64,000 nt of DNA from Pecten maximus (lineage: Eukaryota), in the NCBI RefSeq assembly GCF_902652985.1, contig NC_047033.1, positions 6,076,001-6,140,000 of the forward strand, read 5' to 3'. Below, piece after piece: positions 43,637 through 56,200 of the stretch. Position 1 is the first letter of the stretch. Each line of letters begins with the position of its first letter. Made by a program: the position numbers and the translations under genes. The notes below the pieces were generated by a model. It saw nothing but the letters and a program-made list of their open reading frames with translations, did no database searches and was not told the origin of the DNA.

Positions 43637-46600
43637 TCATTTTCGTGCAAGCATATAATAACAGGAATCAAAACCCAGGTATTTGGCATCATATTCAGAT
43701 TCTGCCACCTCTTCTGCTGCCACAATGTCAAATCCAACTTGTCGCATTGTTGATTGTAACTCTTCCCTAGTAATGGAGAGCGCACGATATTTATACTCTC
43801 CAATTTGGTAATTATCACCGTTCAAACAAACAAAAAGAATAAGATAACCACCCTTCTTAAGGAGGGAGGCTACATTTTCAAGGCATTTCCCATATTCTTC
43901 CACTGTAAACACCGCTGTCTCGATACAGTAGCTAGATATAATGATGTCGAATTGTGTGTCGTTGTACGTGTCTCCAAGAGGTTTTGATTTCGTCACATCC
44001 ACGGGAAGAATGCCTTTCACTTTACTTCTTATCTCCGTCTCTCTTTGTCTGGCAGTCATCCTTTATTTAAAAAAGGAGAAAACTTCAATAACCTAACACC
44101 GGTATTATTGTACAGTTATAGGATATACAGCTACAGTGAATCAAACATGAGTATTCAGTTAATTACGCCATATTTCTTTTCTGGCACTACGTATTTGCTC
44201 TACGTTTCACGAAAAAAATAAAATTTCTGTAAGGCCTGCTGAAAGTTTCTTTTGGATCATTTGCTTTTTAGCCATCAGAAAATCTTCGTTAAAACGAAGT
44301 ATTAATTAAATCTTGTAAATGACATACATTGTTATTAACACATTTTGGTAAGATCTATTTTAGTTTTTCGTTGTCAGCCCTATTGAGTACACCAATGAGA
44401 CTACAACCCTGATTTAATACTGTAAAGAAGTTAAATCATATTACAGTGTGTTATTTTAATTATCGCAGTAATACTGTAAAGTTTTTAATATTTGCGTTGG
44501 ATTTAATTTCGCTATACTCGATGTCATTAAATATAGCGCGAAAATAAATAGCCAGCCAATGTTTGAATGCACACACAATTGTACAGAAATGTTTTAGTTA
44601 ATACCCGCAAAATAGTTTCGACTGGAACAACTGCGAACTAATAGCACCGTGAAATTTAAGAACTCTACAGTATTTTAGCGTAATAATGCGAAAAACATAT
44701 AAACTGGGTTTTCACGAAATACGCATGTTCTAGCAGTGTGACATAGCAATTGATTTCAACTTACGTTCGTTCTTCAAGGCTCATAACGTAATCTATCAAT
44801 TTTGTAGGTTGGTTAATCAATTGATTTCAACTTACGTTCGTTTTTCAAGGCTCATAACGTAATCTATCAATTTTGTAGGTTGGTTAATCTCCCCCTCAAG
44901 CCATTTCTCTAAATATTGGAGATTCTGTGGAAGGTAGTCTGAGAGGTAGATCTCATCCACGTGATTATAAGCCGTGATCAGTGTGTGAATAGTAGGACCA
45001 GTACCCACATCCAATAGGCGTTTACCGCTTACGTTGTCTGAAATAATAAACAAGTGTCTTATATGATATAGATCTAGACTTAATAGATTTAGCATTCACT
45101 GTTTATATGTAGTAATATGAACATTGATTGTATTGTCTAAAACATATGTTTTTTTTTCTGGTTTTATGGCCCCGTGAACAGCTAGGGTCATTTTGAGCGG
45201 CAGCTCATTGTAGTAGTTAATGACTACCTCACTTAACAACATAGGGGAGACCCGTCACATGCCAAAATTAAGGTAAAGTGTCTTGCTCAATAACAAAACC
45301 ACGACAGCAGACAGGCCCGTTTCTCGGCTTCCGGGGGCCGCGGTGGCCGAGTGGTTAAGGTGTACCGACACTTTATCACTAGCCCTCCACCTCTGGGTTG
45401 CGAGTTCGAAACCTACGTGGGGCAGTTGCCAGGTACTGACCGTAGGCCGGTGGTTTTTCTCCGGGTACTCCGGCTTTCCTCCACAACCTGACACGTCCTT
45501 AAATGACCCTGGCTGTTAATAGGACGTTAAACAAAAACAAACCAAAATTCTCAGCTTAGAAATTAAAACCGGCACTGTTAGGGAGCGCCGAACCACGCAT
45601 CTCAGATCTTCACCTGAGGCGCTCTAACCGACTGAGATATCGCGGCCCCTAGTCAAAGAGTTTGAGTAAAATAATAGAGCCACACTCTGACTATTGTTTG
45701 TAACAATCGTTAACGCCTTCACGTTGGACGCTGTCTCTTGGTCAGTATGTTATATACATGCAACTAATGTTGTGAGTCAGTTGTTACATATCATGTATAC
45801 TGCAAATCACTTGGATTTCGCGAATACTTTATTGCACGAATTTACCACTTTAGACCACGGGCGCTTGCATAGAAAAAGAGAATTAAAACAAGAAATATTT
45901 AAAAAAAAAGATAAACGGCATAGTTTAAATGCTGGTGTTTATAATATAAAACTGCTGGTGAAATAAATGAACGAACTAATGTGTTTCAGCACAGATAACA
46001 AAATTATATCAGTTTGAATCATTTTGGTGATAATACCATGCACGTAGCCAAGTTATTTTGTATGTGTATGCAGAGAAATGAAATGAGGGGTGAATGAGTA
46101 CCGTATATGATATACAGTCAAGTGTTGGGACAATTTAGGTCCGTCATTTAACGATGTCCGAATAGTTACGTTGTCCTGTTTTCTTGAAACGACGAGCCTT
46201 GTACAGCATTTAGAATGATAATTTGTGTTGAATTGACCTTATTTTGCACGCTTGGAACACGTTTACATAATGTCCGAATATGTGTTCAATAACCATACGT
46301 ACATAACAATAGTCCATTGGGCAAAGCAATACCTTCCCTGTGGGAAGGGCTGTAAAAGAAAGAAATCAAGACCAAAAACCTGAGATCAACCTTGTATTTA
46401 AGTCGCGTTACCGTAACACAACGTTTTGATATGATCATTGCGACAATGGGTGATGTTTTCATGACGGTATGTGTAGGTAAAATACATTTATATATAAAAA
46501 TACAGTTGTAGTTATAAAAGTTCCAGGAGAATCGAATTGAATTTAATATAAATGAACTTTTTAACTGTACAGGTGGTCATAACATAGCACGACATGTGTT

Positions 46601-48706
46601 CTAGAGTTAAGTTGAAAGTTGGAATTATAACGATTATCATTATACTCAGATAGGGGTTGTTTGACGAGGATTAATGTCCTTGCTCCGGTTATCGCCGAGC
46701 CTAGGACACTCTCTCAGTTAGGGGTCAGAGTTCAGAAGCTTAACTACCAGGGAACTGTGTTCATGCGACAACCCAGGCAAGCCAGGAAAACCACACTTGG
46801 TCACGTTTGGAGACGTTAATCCCACTATTTAGCAGCCTTCATATACATGTATAAGGCAAAACATTCGCGACAGCGTTGGTGTGCAAACCTAATGATTTAA
46901 AAATACATGAATTTACTAATTTCATTGAAGATCAGAAAAAGGGTACATATATAATATCAAAATCTGTACATTTGAAAATTAGATTTCTGTGTCTATCTGC
47001 GTTCAGAAAGCTGTGTTTCATTATATTCAATAACATTCCTAAGCATACGTATTTAAGGGTTAACTGTAATATTGGGGTGTACTCTGAATAAACCGCGAAT
47101 CGGTTTATGAAAAGAGTACACCCCAGTTTTTTGTGTTATTGCTCAATAACGTAAAAAAAATATTACAGTTAACCCTTATAATTTAATTAACAACGGTAAG
47201 AAACATTTTCATTAAGTTTAACATATTTATTTTGCTCCAGATATTTAAAAACACATCGATAAATACAAAATCCCGTGAACAACGATTACTCCGCTGACGT
47301 CAGTCATTATTTATGTTATGAGATGATAACATATTTTTTTGAGCCAATGAAAATGCTTGTTACAAGCAAAATTAAATTATAGTAACGTTCACCTAACGTT
47401 TGAAAGCAAACGATTTCCTTAAAAGTATTGATTCATTTCTGCATCTTACCGACTGTCATGTAGTGGGGAAAATTCAAATAGTGAGTTTTGTACTCTATGC
47501 GCATATATAACTCCGGACCTGTTCTTTTGGTTAATGTTTTATAATTCACTTTATGATTAACAGTAACAAATATGTAAATCAGACTTCACCCTGGTTTCCG
47601 GTTGTAAGTAGCCCTTTATAGGAATGGCACCAAAGGGAGGATGGTGGGCTAGATCAGAACCCAGAATTTTGTTTTAAATGTTACTATGCCCAAATTTTAA
47701 ATCATATTTAAATAAGCAATTTAAATATGTAAATGAGATATTATCTCCAATTTTCACTATTCGCTCATTCACTACATGTACGTTTAACAATAGATTATAT
47801 AGGCGCTTATTTTACTTTTCTTAATTGAGAAAGTATCAGATTGTTTTTTCTACAAGTTTCATGCAATTTGTGCCGAAATACACACACATATTTGAAATAA
47901 AAAAGCTTTTCTCGTTGTGTATAATTGTTATAATGGAATGAGTTAAATTATAATGCTATGTTGTATTGTGTTTCGGTGTTTTTTTGGAGGAATTTGGCGA
48001 TGTTTTCACGGATTATTGTGTTTTGGATGTAACAATTCGTATCGAGTGACACGGTAGGTTAAAGATGAATGTTTCTAGATGACGGTTGTTTTTGGTATGC
48101 ACCGTGTCAGTTTGAATAAATGTGTTTTTTAGTCGATTGAAGTGTGGTGGTGTGCCGTTTCGCACGTGCCGGTTTGCCAACCTTGTACTTTACAGAGTAC
48201 ACATACCACTGTCATATAAAAAAAAAAAAAAAAAAATGAAATCACATTTTCTATGCAAGCGCCTGTGCTTTAGACATGTTCGCAAATACATGATTTTATG
48301 AACGCTGATCTAGAAATGACTTTCAATTCGAGAATGATGAGCTATTAGCTATATAGAGTAATGGATTCTTCAAGACCCCCATATCGGTATAATAACCGAG
48401 AGGTTGGTCACCATCCAAAATTGTTTCATATCAATAACCGCAAAGGAAGTGAATTCGCGATAGATTCTTCCCGCGTATTAGTTAAGCATTGATGATTTCA
48501 GTTTCATTGGGGTATGAAAAAAAATTGTTTGCAAACTGTATGAATCCGCATATGGCAAAAAACTTACGTTCGTTAAAAAATCTATGTAGGATTTCGACAT
48601 CACATCTCATGTTGAAAGCAGCTTCATCTGATGCCAGCAAGTTTTGTATATACCAATCGGGATCAAAACTTTTCAAATCTTTTTCTTCCTTCAAATTCTC
48701 CATCAT
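43637..48706 (-). CDS. Nicotinamide/indolethylamine N-methyltransferase family protein (NNMT/PNMT/INMT-like). Coding exons 48706-48568, 45037-44836, 44060-43637
   Basis: FDPDWY...|GKRLLDVGTGPTIH...IYLSDYLPQN...LEKWL|...ILPVDVTK...FDIIISSYCIE...NVASLLKKGGYLIL...YQIGEYKY; consistent phase 1 and phase 2 GT-AG introns. Confidence 0.92.
44472..44672. mobile_element. Tc1/mariner-type MITE (related partial copies ~50543-50640 and ending ~39188)
   Basis: tactgtaaag...ctctacagta termini with ttcgc/gcgaa motifs. Confidence 0.6.
45150..45649 (-). mobile_element. CORE-type tRNA SINE, split by a V-SINE insertion
   Basis: Minus-strand head ggggccgcgatatctcagtcggttagagcgcc, a CORE-like block ttgagcaagacactttacc, and a tail aaaatgaccctagctgttcac. 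Confidence 0.7.
45333..45547 (+). mobile_element. V-domain tRNA SINE with 10-bp TSD
   Basis: A-box ggtggccgagtgg, B-box gagttcgaaacc and V-domain ggtttttctccgggtactccggctttcctccac; flanked by ttctcggctt / ttctcagctt. Confidence 0.88.
47054..47381. mobile_element. Palindromic non-autonomous element (possibly Crypton-related)
   Basis: taagggttaactgtaatatt...aatattacagttaaccctta, then ataatttaatt...aattaaattat IR enclosing TGACGTCA and CCAAT. Confidence 0.6.
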
Positions 48707-49388
48707 TGCTGTGTCTGTGGAATAAAACATTCAAATAAAGTAAACGAGAACATTTAGCTAAAACCTAAATAGGTATTTAACTATTTTCGTCATTGCATCT
48801 TTTTATTTATTTTTTTACATCGTTTAGTAAAAAACTGGTTTAAATTTAAATGACATTGAGCATATTTGTTAAAAAATATCTTAAACAACAGAGAATACCG
48901 AAAAACTCAAAATCTATAAAACCATACACATATAAAACTTGACTTAACGACCATCTCAAAATTACGATCACCCTGCTATTACGGACACTTTTTTCATATC
49001 CGTTTTTTTTTTAAACTCTACATTTCTTGGCATTCGTCGCTTCAGTAATATGACCATCTCGGTATTACGGACACTTTTCAGACCTGTTATTTTTAAATCG
49101 ACCATCTCGCCATCCGTTGTACGACCAGATTTGGCAGTCTCAAAGACCACGTTGATTACAACCAGCTAGTTGCCGGAAGTTGATTAATCACTGATGTCCC
49201 GACCACGTGACTCCGACCCATGGTTAAGTTTCAGTAGTCAGTGTTCTTTTTTGATTTAAACATATTTTATTGTATCTTAATGTATACATGGGAATTGGGC
49301 ACAAGTTATCAAACTTATATTAAGCCCTTTCCCTATATAATTTTACATACATATAATACATTTATTTTACAAGATGACATATATTTAC

Positions 49389-49391
<3 letters not shown>

Positions 49392-49468
<77 letters not shown>
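49392..49468. repeat. (GA)n microsatellite
   Basis: Pure GA run. Confidence 0.98.
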
Positions 49469-49471
<3 letters not shown>

Positions 49472-49834
49472 ATAATGAAGATATAATTAAAAAAAAATCA
49501 TTATGACTATAGATTATCAAATGAATAAACAAATCTAGTAAACTATTCCAATAAACTATTTCGATGCCGATAGCAGAAGTTCACACTATTCACTTTTCAA
49601 AACACTCTGCTGTTTCTAAAGTTCATCACATCCTGTGCCATGGTTAGCTCTCTCCGTTCGCTTCCTATGTCTCCTGGAAATTCGATTCTCTTTTGCCATC
49701 GGCATCGGAATAGATATGATAAGCACACATAAATTTACACAGATATATATAGAGAGATAGTCAGTGTTCTAATGGTGTGATGGAATGATCACTTTGTAAT
49801 TTGTAATGAAACCGTCTGTCCTATAGTAAGTTTT

Positions 49835-50199
49835 TAAGCATTGATGTCATTTTTTTTAGTTTCATCGGGGAATGAAACAAATTTTGTTTGCAAACTGTAT
49901 GAATACGCGTAGCGGATTCTTACAGAAGTTTGCAAACAAAATTTACCCGATGAAACTAAAAAATAATTGACATCAACGCTTATAATTAATTTTTGAAAAT
50001 GATTTTCTAATTTAAAACATGTTTTATGTACAATTTTACTGGTTTTAAATGGGATTCTTTTTTTCTCAAATCAATACGCAACGTCAATTGTCGTATTGTG
50101 ACGTCACATTTTTCGCGCCATTCTCGGAAAGAATGAAAAGAATTTTTCGACCAATCACATTTGAGTATTTACCATGAAAACAAAGAAAAATTAATTATA
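49835..50199. mobile_element. Palindromic non-autonomous element (possibly Crypton-related); truncated related copy at 48483-48560
   Basis: taagcattgatgtca...tgacatcaacgctta, then ataattaatt...aattaattat IR enclosing TGACGTCA and CCAAT. Confidence 0.6.
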
Positions 50200-51281
50200 A
50201 GCAAATATGAAGACTGCTCCTGGTTTTGGTAGTATAGCTACCTCAGCATTTTTATCGTGATAACGTTAATCACAGTATCAGGATAGCTCGACTGCTTTTG
50301 ACCGAACGACCGAAAAGAGATATCTTTCGTGTTATCATACAGAGTAACGGTTCTTGATGATCAAAAGGTCACCTAAAAATTAAGACCATCCCGCTATTAA
50401 GACAATTTTCTTTCACTCAGACCCCCAGGTGGCCATAGTGAGAAGTTTAACTGCAATTATAAAAATTCATCTAAATGTGACATTTTTACCCCCAAATTAC
50501 TCTTTCCGAAACGTGAGACGAACAAAATCTGATATCATAACATACTGTAAAGGTGGAAATGTTCGCGGCGTGGAATTTTTCGCTTATTTTGCGACTTTTA
50601 AATCTCCGCAATTATCCACACGCGAACATAATAATATTGATAGTATTAAAAATACAAATAAAAACGTAATCTTTAGGCGTGTTGAGATGTCATTACAAGT
50701 CTAAACTATATTCCAGGTTTGGTTGGAGTGATATTGATACTTTTGAGAAACTGAGCTAAACGCTATATTTTAGGATTCAGAGTGTGGCATCGATGAAGTC
50801 CTGAGTCACTGGTCAATAAATTCTGGATAATATTTCCGTTAATGAAGCGTGTGTTGAGATGTCCGCCATATGTTTATAGGTTACCCTCGTTTTACCGATT
50901 TTAAAATAGTTCATCGAATGCTTTTCATATCTGGATAGTAGCATGTTTAAATATGGAACGGAATTCAAGAAAATATTACACTCTCCGTTATTGCATTCTT
51001 GTGTGCAACATTAACATTCTGTTATGCGAATTGAACCTCATCATTAACTTTATTATCATTCGTGTATTCAGTGTTAAGATTGCATTGCAGTTTGATTATT
51101 CCAGTCGTTACGAGTTTGCATTGCGCAATCCGGTATTCGCTAGGTCAACATTCAGTATTGCATTATCGGCATTCGCGTTGACTTTGTGAAAGCTGAAGGT
51201 TGACATTCCATTTTCCAGTGCGATAAGAAGTCAGACATATTTGATGCACGAGTATGTGCCTGAACTAAAATAGTTCTCATG

Positions 51282-52239
51282 TTTAGCTTACCTGGCCCGA
51301 AAGGCATGTCGCGGCGTCCGTCGTCCGTCAACATTTCATTAAAATCGTCCTGAATGACTCAATGGATTATGATGAAATTTGGTCTGGATCGTTATTGGGC
51401 AAACGAGACCCATTGTTTCATAAACGGTGGGCGTGACTCCAGGGTCGGGACTCAATATAGGGACAATTTATGCAAATCAACCGGGTGGATTTTGAGAAAA
51501 TAAGATCTGTCCAGAGCATTATTGGGCAAAGGAGATCCAACATTGTATAGATATGAATTGTGGCTACATAGGGACAAGGGGGAAAAAGAAGTAAATTCTT
51601 TAAAACCATTCTTCATTTAGATTATTAAGATTTAGACCAGATTGGCTTAAAAAAATATTGAGAGAGGTAGCTAAAAAGCAGGAAAAATTCTGTAATATTT
51701 GAGCATTATACTACCTTCTTTGAAAAGTAATTGGCCTACAATCCTGGCAATTTAATACTTATAGTTCCGTTTTAATTGAAGGTTTTTTCATCTTATATTC
51801 AAATTGTAACCATGTCATAGCATTCTAAAATCAAATGTCGAGCTGTCTAATTGAACCAGTTTTTGAGATGCCATGGGTAGACGGACAGTTACCGACAAAA
51901 ATGCAGTTCATGGAAATAAACACAAAATCTTCAATTTAATTTCAACATTTCCGTCAATATATACCACCGTGAAGTTATTCACCTTTTTTAACATAACTAC
52001 ATAAACTCTTTCGAGTTGCAATGATCAATCAGGTATCTTTATCCGAAACAATTTAATATTGTGACGTCAAACAGAATGACGTCATATCACTACACCAGTT
52101 GGAACCATATTACCATAATGACCTGAACTTTTTATTTTGTTTGGTAAGGTTATATAGTAACAATGCATAGCAATTGGAAATATATAAACATATTACCGAA
52201 ATATCAAGGTGGCGATGCAGGCCCCCTGGGCCTCTTTTT
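51282..52239 (+). mobile_element. Degenerate HINE/Helentron-associated element
   Basis: 5' tttagcttacctggcccgaaagg...cgtccgtcgtccgtc; 3' aggtggcga..aggccccctgggcct stem-loop + T run. Confidence 0.7.
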
Positions 52240-53244
52240 ATTACGTAACTTCAACCGGATTTGACATAGATTTGCTTTGCGCCTGTCGTTGATGAGGCAA
52301 ATGACACGTACCCATAACACATGGTCTTACGTTTATACTTTTTCAATGATCGCCATGTGTTCAGTTTGTTTCGTTCGTTTGCATGTCGGTACATGCTCTG
52401 CATTCTTTTTTTCAAATTTTTGGCTAATGAAGCAAGCTCTTTAAGATGAAATAAAATAAAATGAAATGCGAAACAATTTATTACCAAGAGGTAAAAGCCG
52501 CTTCATATCAAAATGTTTTTCTCTCAATATTTAAATTTTCATCAAAATTGCATACACCATAGTCATCATTACACGGGCGCCCTATATAAACCTATATCAT
52601 TTTCATTAACATTGAAGCAATTAAACATTGTGGTTATTTTGAAGATTTGTTGTCTTAATATACCACATTATAACTCCCTCTTTCTCTTATCAAAGAAAAC
52701 AAAGTGTCGTATCATTAACATATCAATAAACAAATTACTACATTTGAAATAAGATATGTATACAATGTGCTTACCTGACCTGGCAATGTAACGTCTACTA
52801 TTATCTACTTACGATACCAGGTCGATGTTCAGTAGTCCACTGGTCATCAGAAAAACGTGTCCGTTATCTCGTAATGATAGGGTTGTAGTCGTGATACGTA
52901 CAGTCTTACCGAGAGACGTTTTATAATGTATTGTCCTGTTGGTCGGCATGAATGAAAATGTGTCCTCTTAAAAATTCTTTATGGGGATAATCCGTTCCTC
53001 GATTGTTAATTTTACAATTATCGATCATGTCGTTGTAAAATAGGAAGATTGATCATACTTCAGATCTGTTTCTTTATTTAACAGTCATTAGACCTGAGAA
53101 AGACAAGCCTGCATCATGTTTGATTTAGTATTTTGCAGGATGCATTTTATTGTTATTTTCATTTTTTTTCATATTAAACCTTTAATTTGCGTTTGTAATT
53201 ATTACAACAGTGCTAAAAGAATTGAATTGGTATTGTTAAAAAAA

Positions 53245-56200
53245 TAAACCCGTACAGGATACACCGCCTCACCAAGGTATAAACCCGTACAGGATACACC
53301 ACCTCACCAAGGTAAACCCATACAGGATACACCGCCTCACCAAGGTAAACACATACAGGATACACAGCCTCACCATGGTAAACCCAAACAGGATACACCG
53401 CCTCACCATGGTAAACCCTTACAGGATACACAGCCTCACCAAGGTATAAACCCGTACAGGATACACCACCTCACCAAGGTAAAGCCTTACAGGATACACC
53501 ACCTCACCAAGGTAAACCCTTACAGGATACACTACCTCACCAATGTAAACCCTTACAGGATACACTGCCTCACCAAGGTAAACCCATACAGGTTACACTA
53601 CCTCACCAAGGTAAACCCATACAGGATACACTACCTCACCAAGGTAAACCCATACAGGATACACCGCCTCACCATGGTAAACCCGTAGAGGATACACCAC
53701 CTCACCAAGGTAAACCCATACAGGATACACCGCCTCACCAAGGTAAACCCATACAGGATACACTACCTCACCAAGGTAAACCCATACAGGATACACCGCC
53801 TCACCAAGGTAAACCCGTACAGGATACACCGCCTCACCATGGTAAACCCGTACAGGATACACCGCCTCACCAAGGTGAACCCGTACAGGAAACACCACCT
53901 CACCAAGGTAAACCCATACAGGATACACCGCCTCACCAAGGTAAACCCGTACAGGATACACCGCCTCACCAAGGTAAACCCATACAGGATACACTGTCTC
54001 ACCAAGGTAAACCCGTACAGGATACACCGCCTCACCAAGGTAAACCCGTACAAGATACATCGCCTCACCAAGGTAAACTCAGACAGGATATACCGCCTCA
54101 CCAAGGTAAACCCATACAGGATACACCGCCTCACTCAGGTAAACCCATACAGGATACACCGCCTCACCAAGGTAAACCCATACAGGATACACCGCCTCAC
54201 CAAAGTAAATCCGTACAGGATACACCGCCTCACCAAGGTAAAGCCTTACATGATACACCACCTCACCAAGGTAAACCCATATAGGATACATCGCCTCAAC
54301 AAGGTAAACCCATACAGGATACACCGCCTCACCATGGTAAACCCGTACAGGATACACCACCTCACCAAGGTAAACCGATACAGGATACACCGCCTCACCA
54401 AGGTAAACCCATACAGGATATACCGCCTCACCAAGGTAAACCCGTACAGGATACACCACCTCACCAAGGTAAACCCATACAGGATATACCACCTCACCAA
54501 GGTAAACCCGTACAGGATACACCGCCTCACCAAGGTAAACCCGTACAGGATACACCGCCTCACTCAGGTAAACCCATACAGGATACACCGCCTCACCAAA
54601 GTAAACCCATACAGGATACACCGGCTCACCAAGGTAAACCCATACAGGATACACCACCTCACCAAGGTAAACCCATACAGGATACACCACCTCACCAAGG
54701 TAAAACCATACAGGATACACCGCCTCACTCAGGTAAACCCATACAGGATACACCGCCTCACCAAGGTAAACCCATACAGGATACACCGCCTCACCAAAGT
54801 AAACCCGTACAGGATACACCGCCTCACCAAGGTAAAGCCTTACATGATACACCACCTCACCAAGGTAAACCCATATAGGATACATCGCCTCAACAAGGTA
54901 AACCCATACAGGATACACCGCCTCACCATGGTAAACCCGTACAGGATACACCACCTCACCAAGGTAAACCGATACAGGATACACCGCCTCACCAAGGTAA
55001 ACCCATACAGGATATACCGCCTCACCAAGGTAAACCCGTACAGGATACACCACCTCACCAAGGTAAACCCATACAGGATATACCACCTCACCAAGGTAAA
55101 CCCGTACAGGATACACCGCCTCACCAAGGTAAACCCGTACAGGATACATCGCCTCACCAAGGTAAACTCAGACAGGATACACCGCCTCACCAAGGTAAAC
55201 CCATACAGGATACACCGCCTCACCAAGGTAAACCCTTACAGGATACACTACATCACCAAGGTAAACTCATACAGGATACACTGCCTCACCAAGGTAAACC
55301 CGTACAGGATATACCACATCACCAACGTAAACCCTTACAGGATACACTACATCACCAAGGTAAACTCATATAGGATACACTGCCTCACCAAGGTAAACCC
55401 GTACAAGATATACTACATCACCAAGGTAAACCTGTACAGGATACACCGCCTCATCATGGTAAACCCTTACAGAATACACCGGCTCACCAAGATAAACCCG
55501 TACAAGATACACCACCTCACCAAGGTAAACCCGTACAGGATACACCACCTCACCAAGGTAAACCCATACAGGATACACCGCCTCACCAAGGTAAACCCAT
55601 ACAGGATACACCGCCTCACCAAGTTAAACCCTTACAGGATACACCGCCTCACCAAGTTAAACCCATACAGGATACACCGCCTCACCAAAGTAAACCCATA
55701 CAGGATACACCGGCTCACCAAGGTAAACCCATACAGGATACACCGGCTCACCAAGGTAAACCCATACAGGATACACCGGCTCACCATGGTAAACACATAC
55801 AGGATACACCACCTCACCAAGGTAAACCAGTACAGGACATACTACATCACCAAGGTAAACCCTTACAGGATACACTACATCACCAAGGTAAACCCTTACA
55901 GGATACACTACTTCACCAAGGTAAACCCTTACAGGATACACTACATCACCAAGGTAAACCCTTACAGGATACACTACCTCACCAAGGTAAACCCTTACAG
56001 GATACACCACCTCACCAAGGTAAACCCATACAGGATACACTACCTCACCAAGGTAAACCCTTACAGGATACACTGCCTCACCAAGGTAAACCCATACAGG
56101 ATATACCACCTCACCAAGGTAAACCCGTACAGGACATACTACATCACCAAGGTAAACCCTTACAGGATACACTGCCTCACCAAGGTAAACCCGTAGAGGA

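Noticed and set aside
45333-45425. tRNA gene
   Set aside because: A and B boxes are present but continue into a V-domain, tail and TSD, so this is a SINE head. The same applies to 41192-41328.
52770-52950. Possible non-coding first exon of the NNMT-like gene (CAG|GTAAGC donor on the minus strand)
   Set aside because: Only a donor motif supports it; transcript data are needed.
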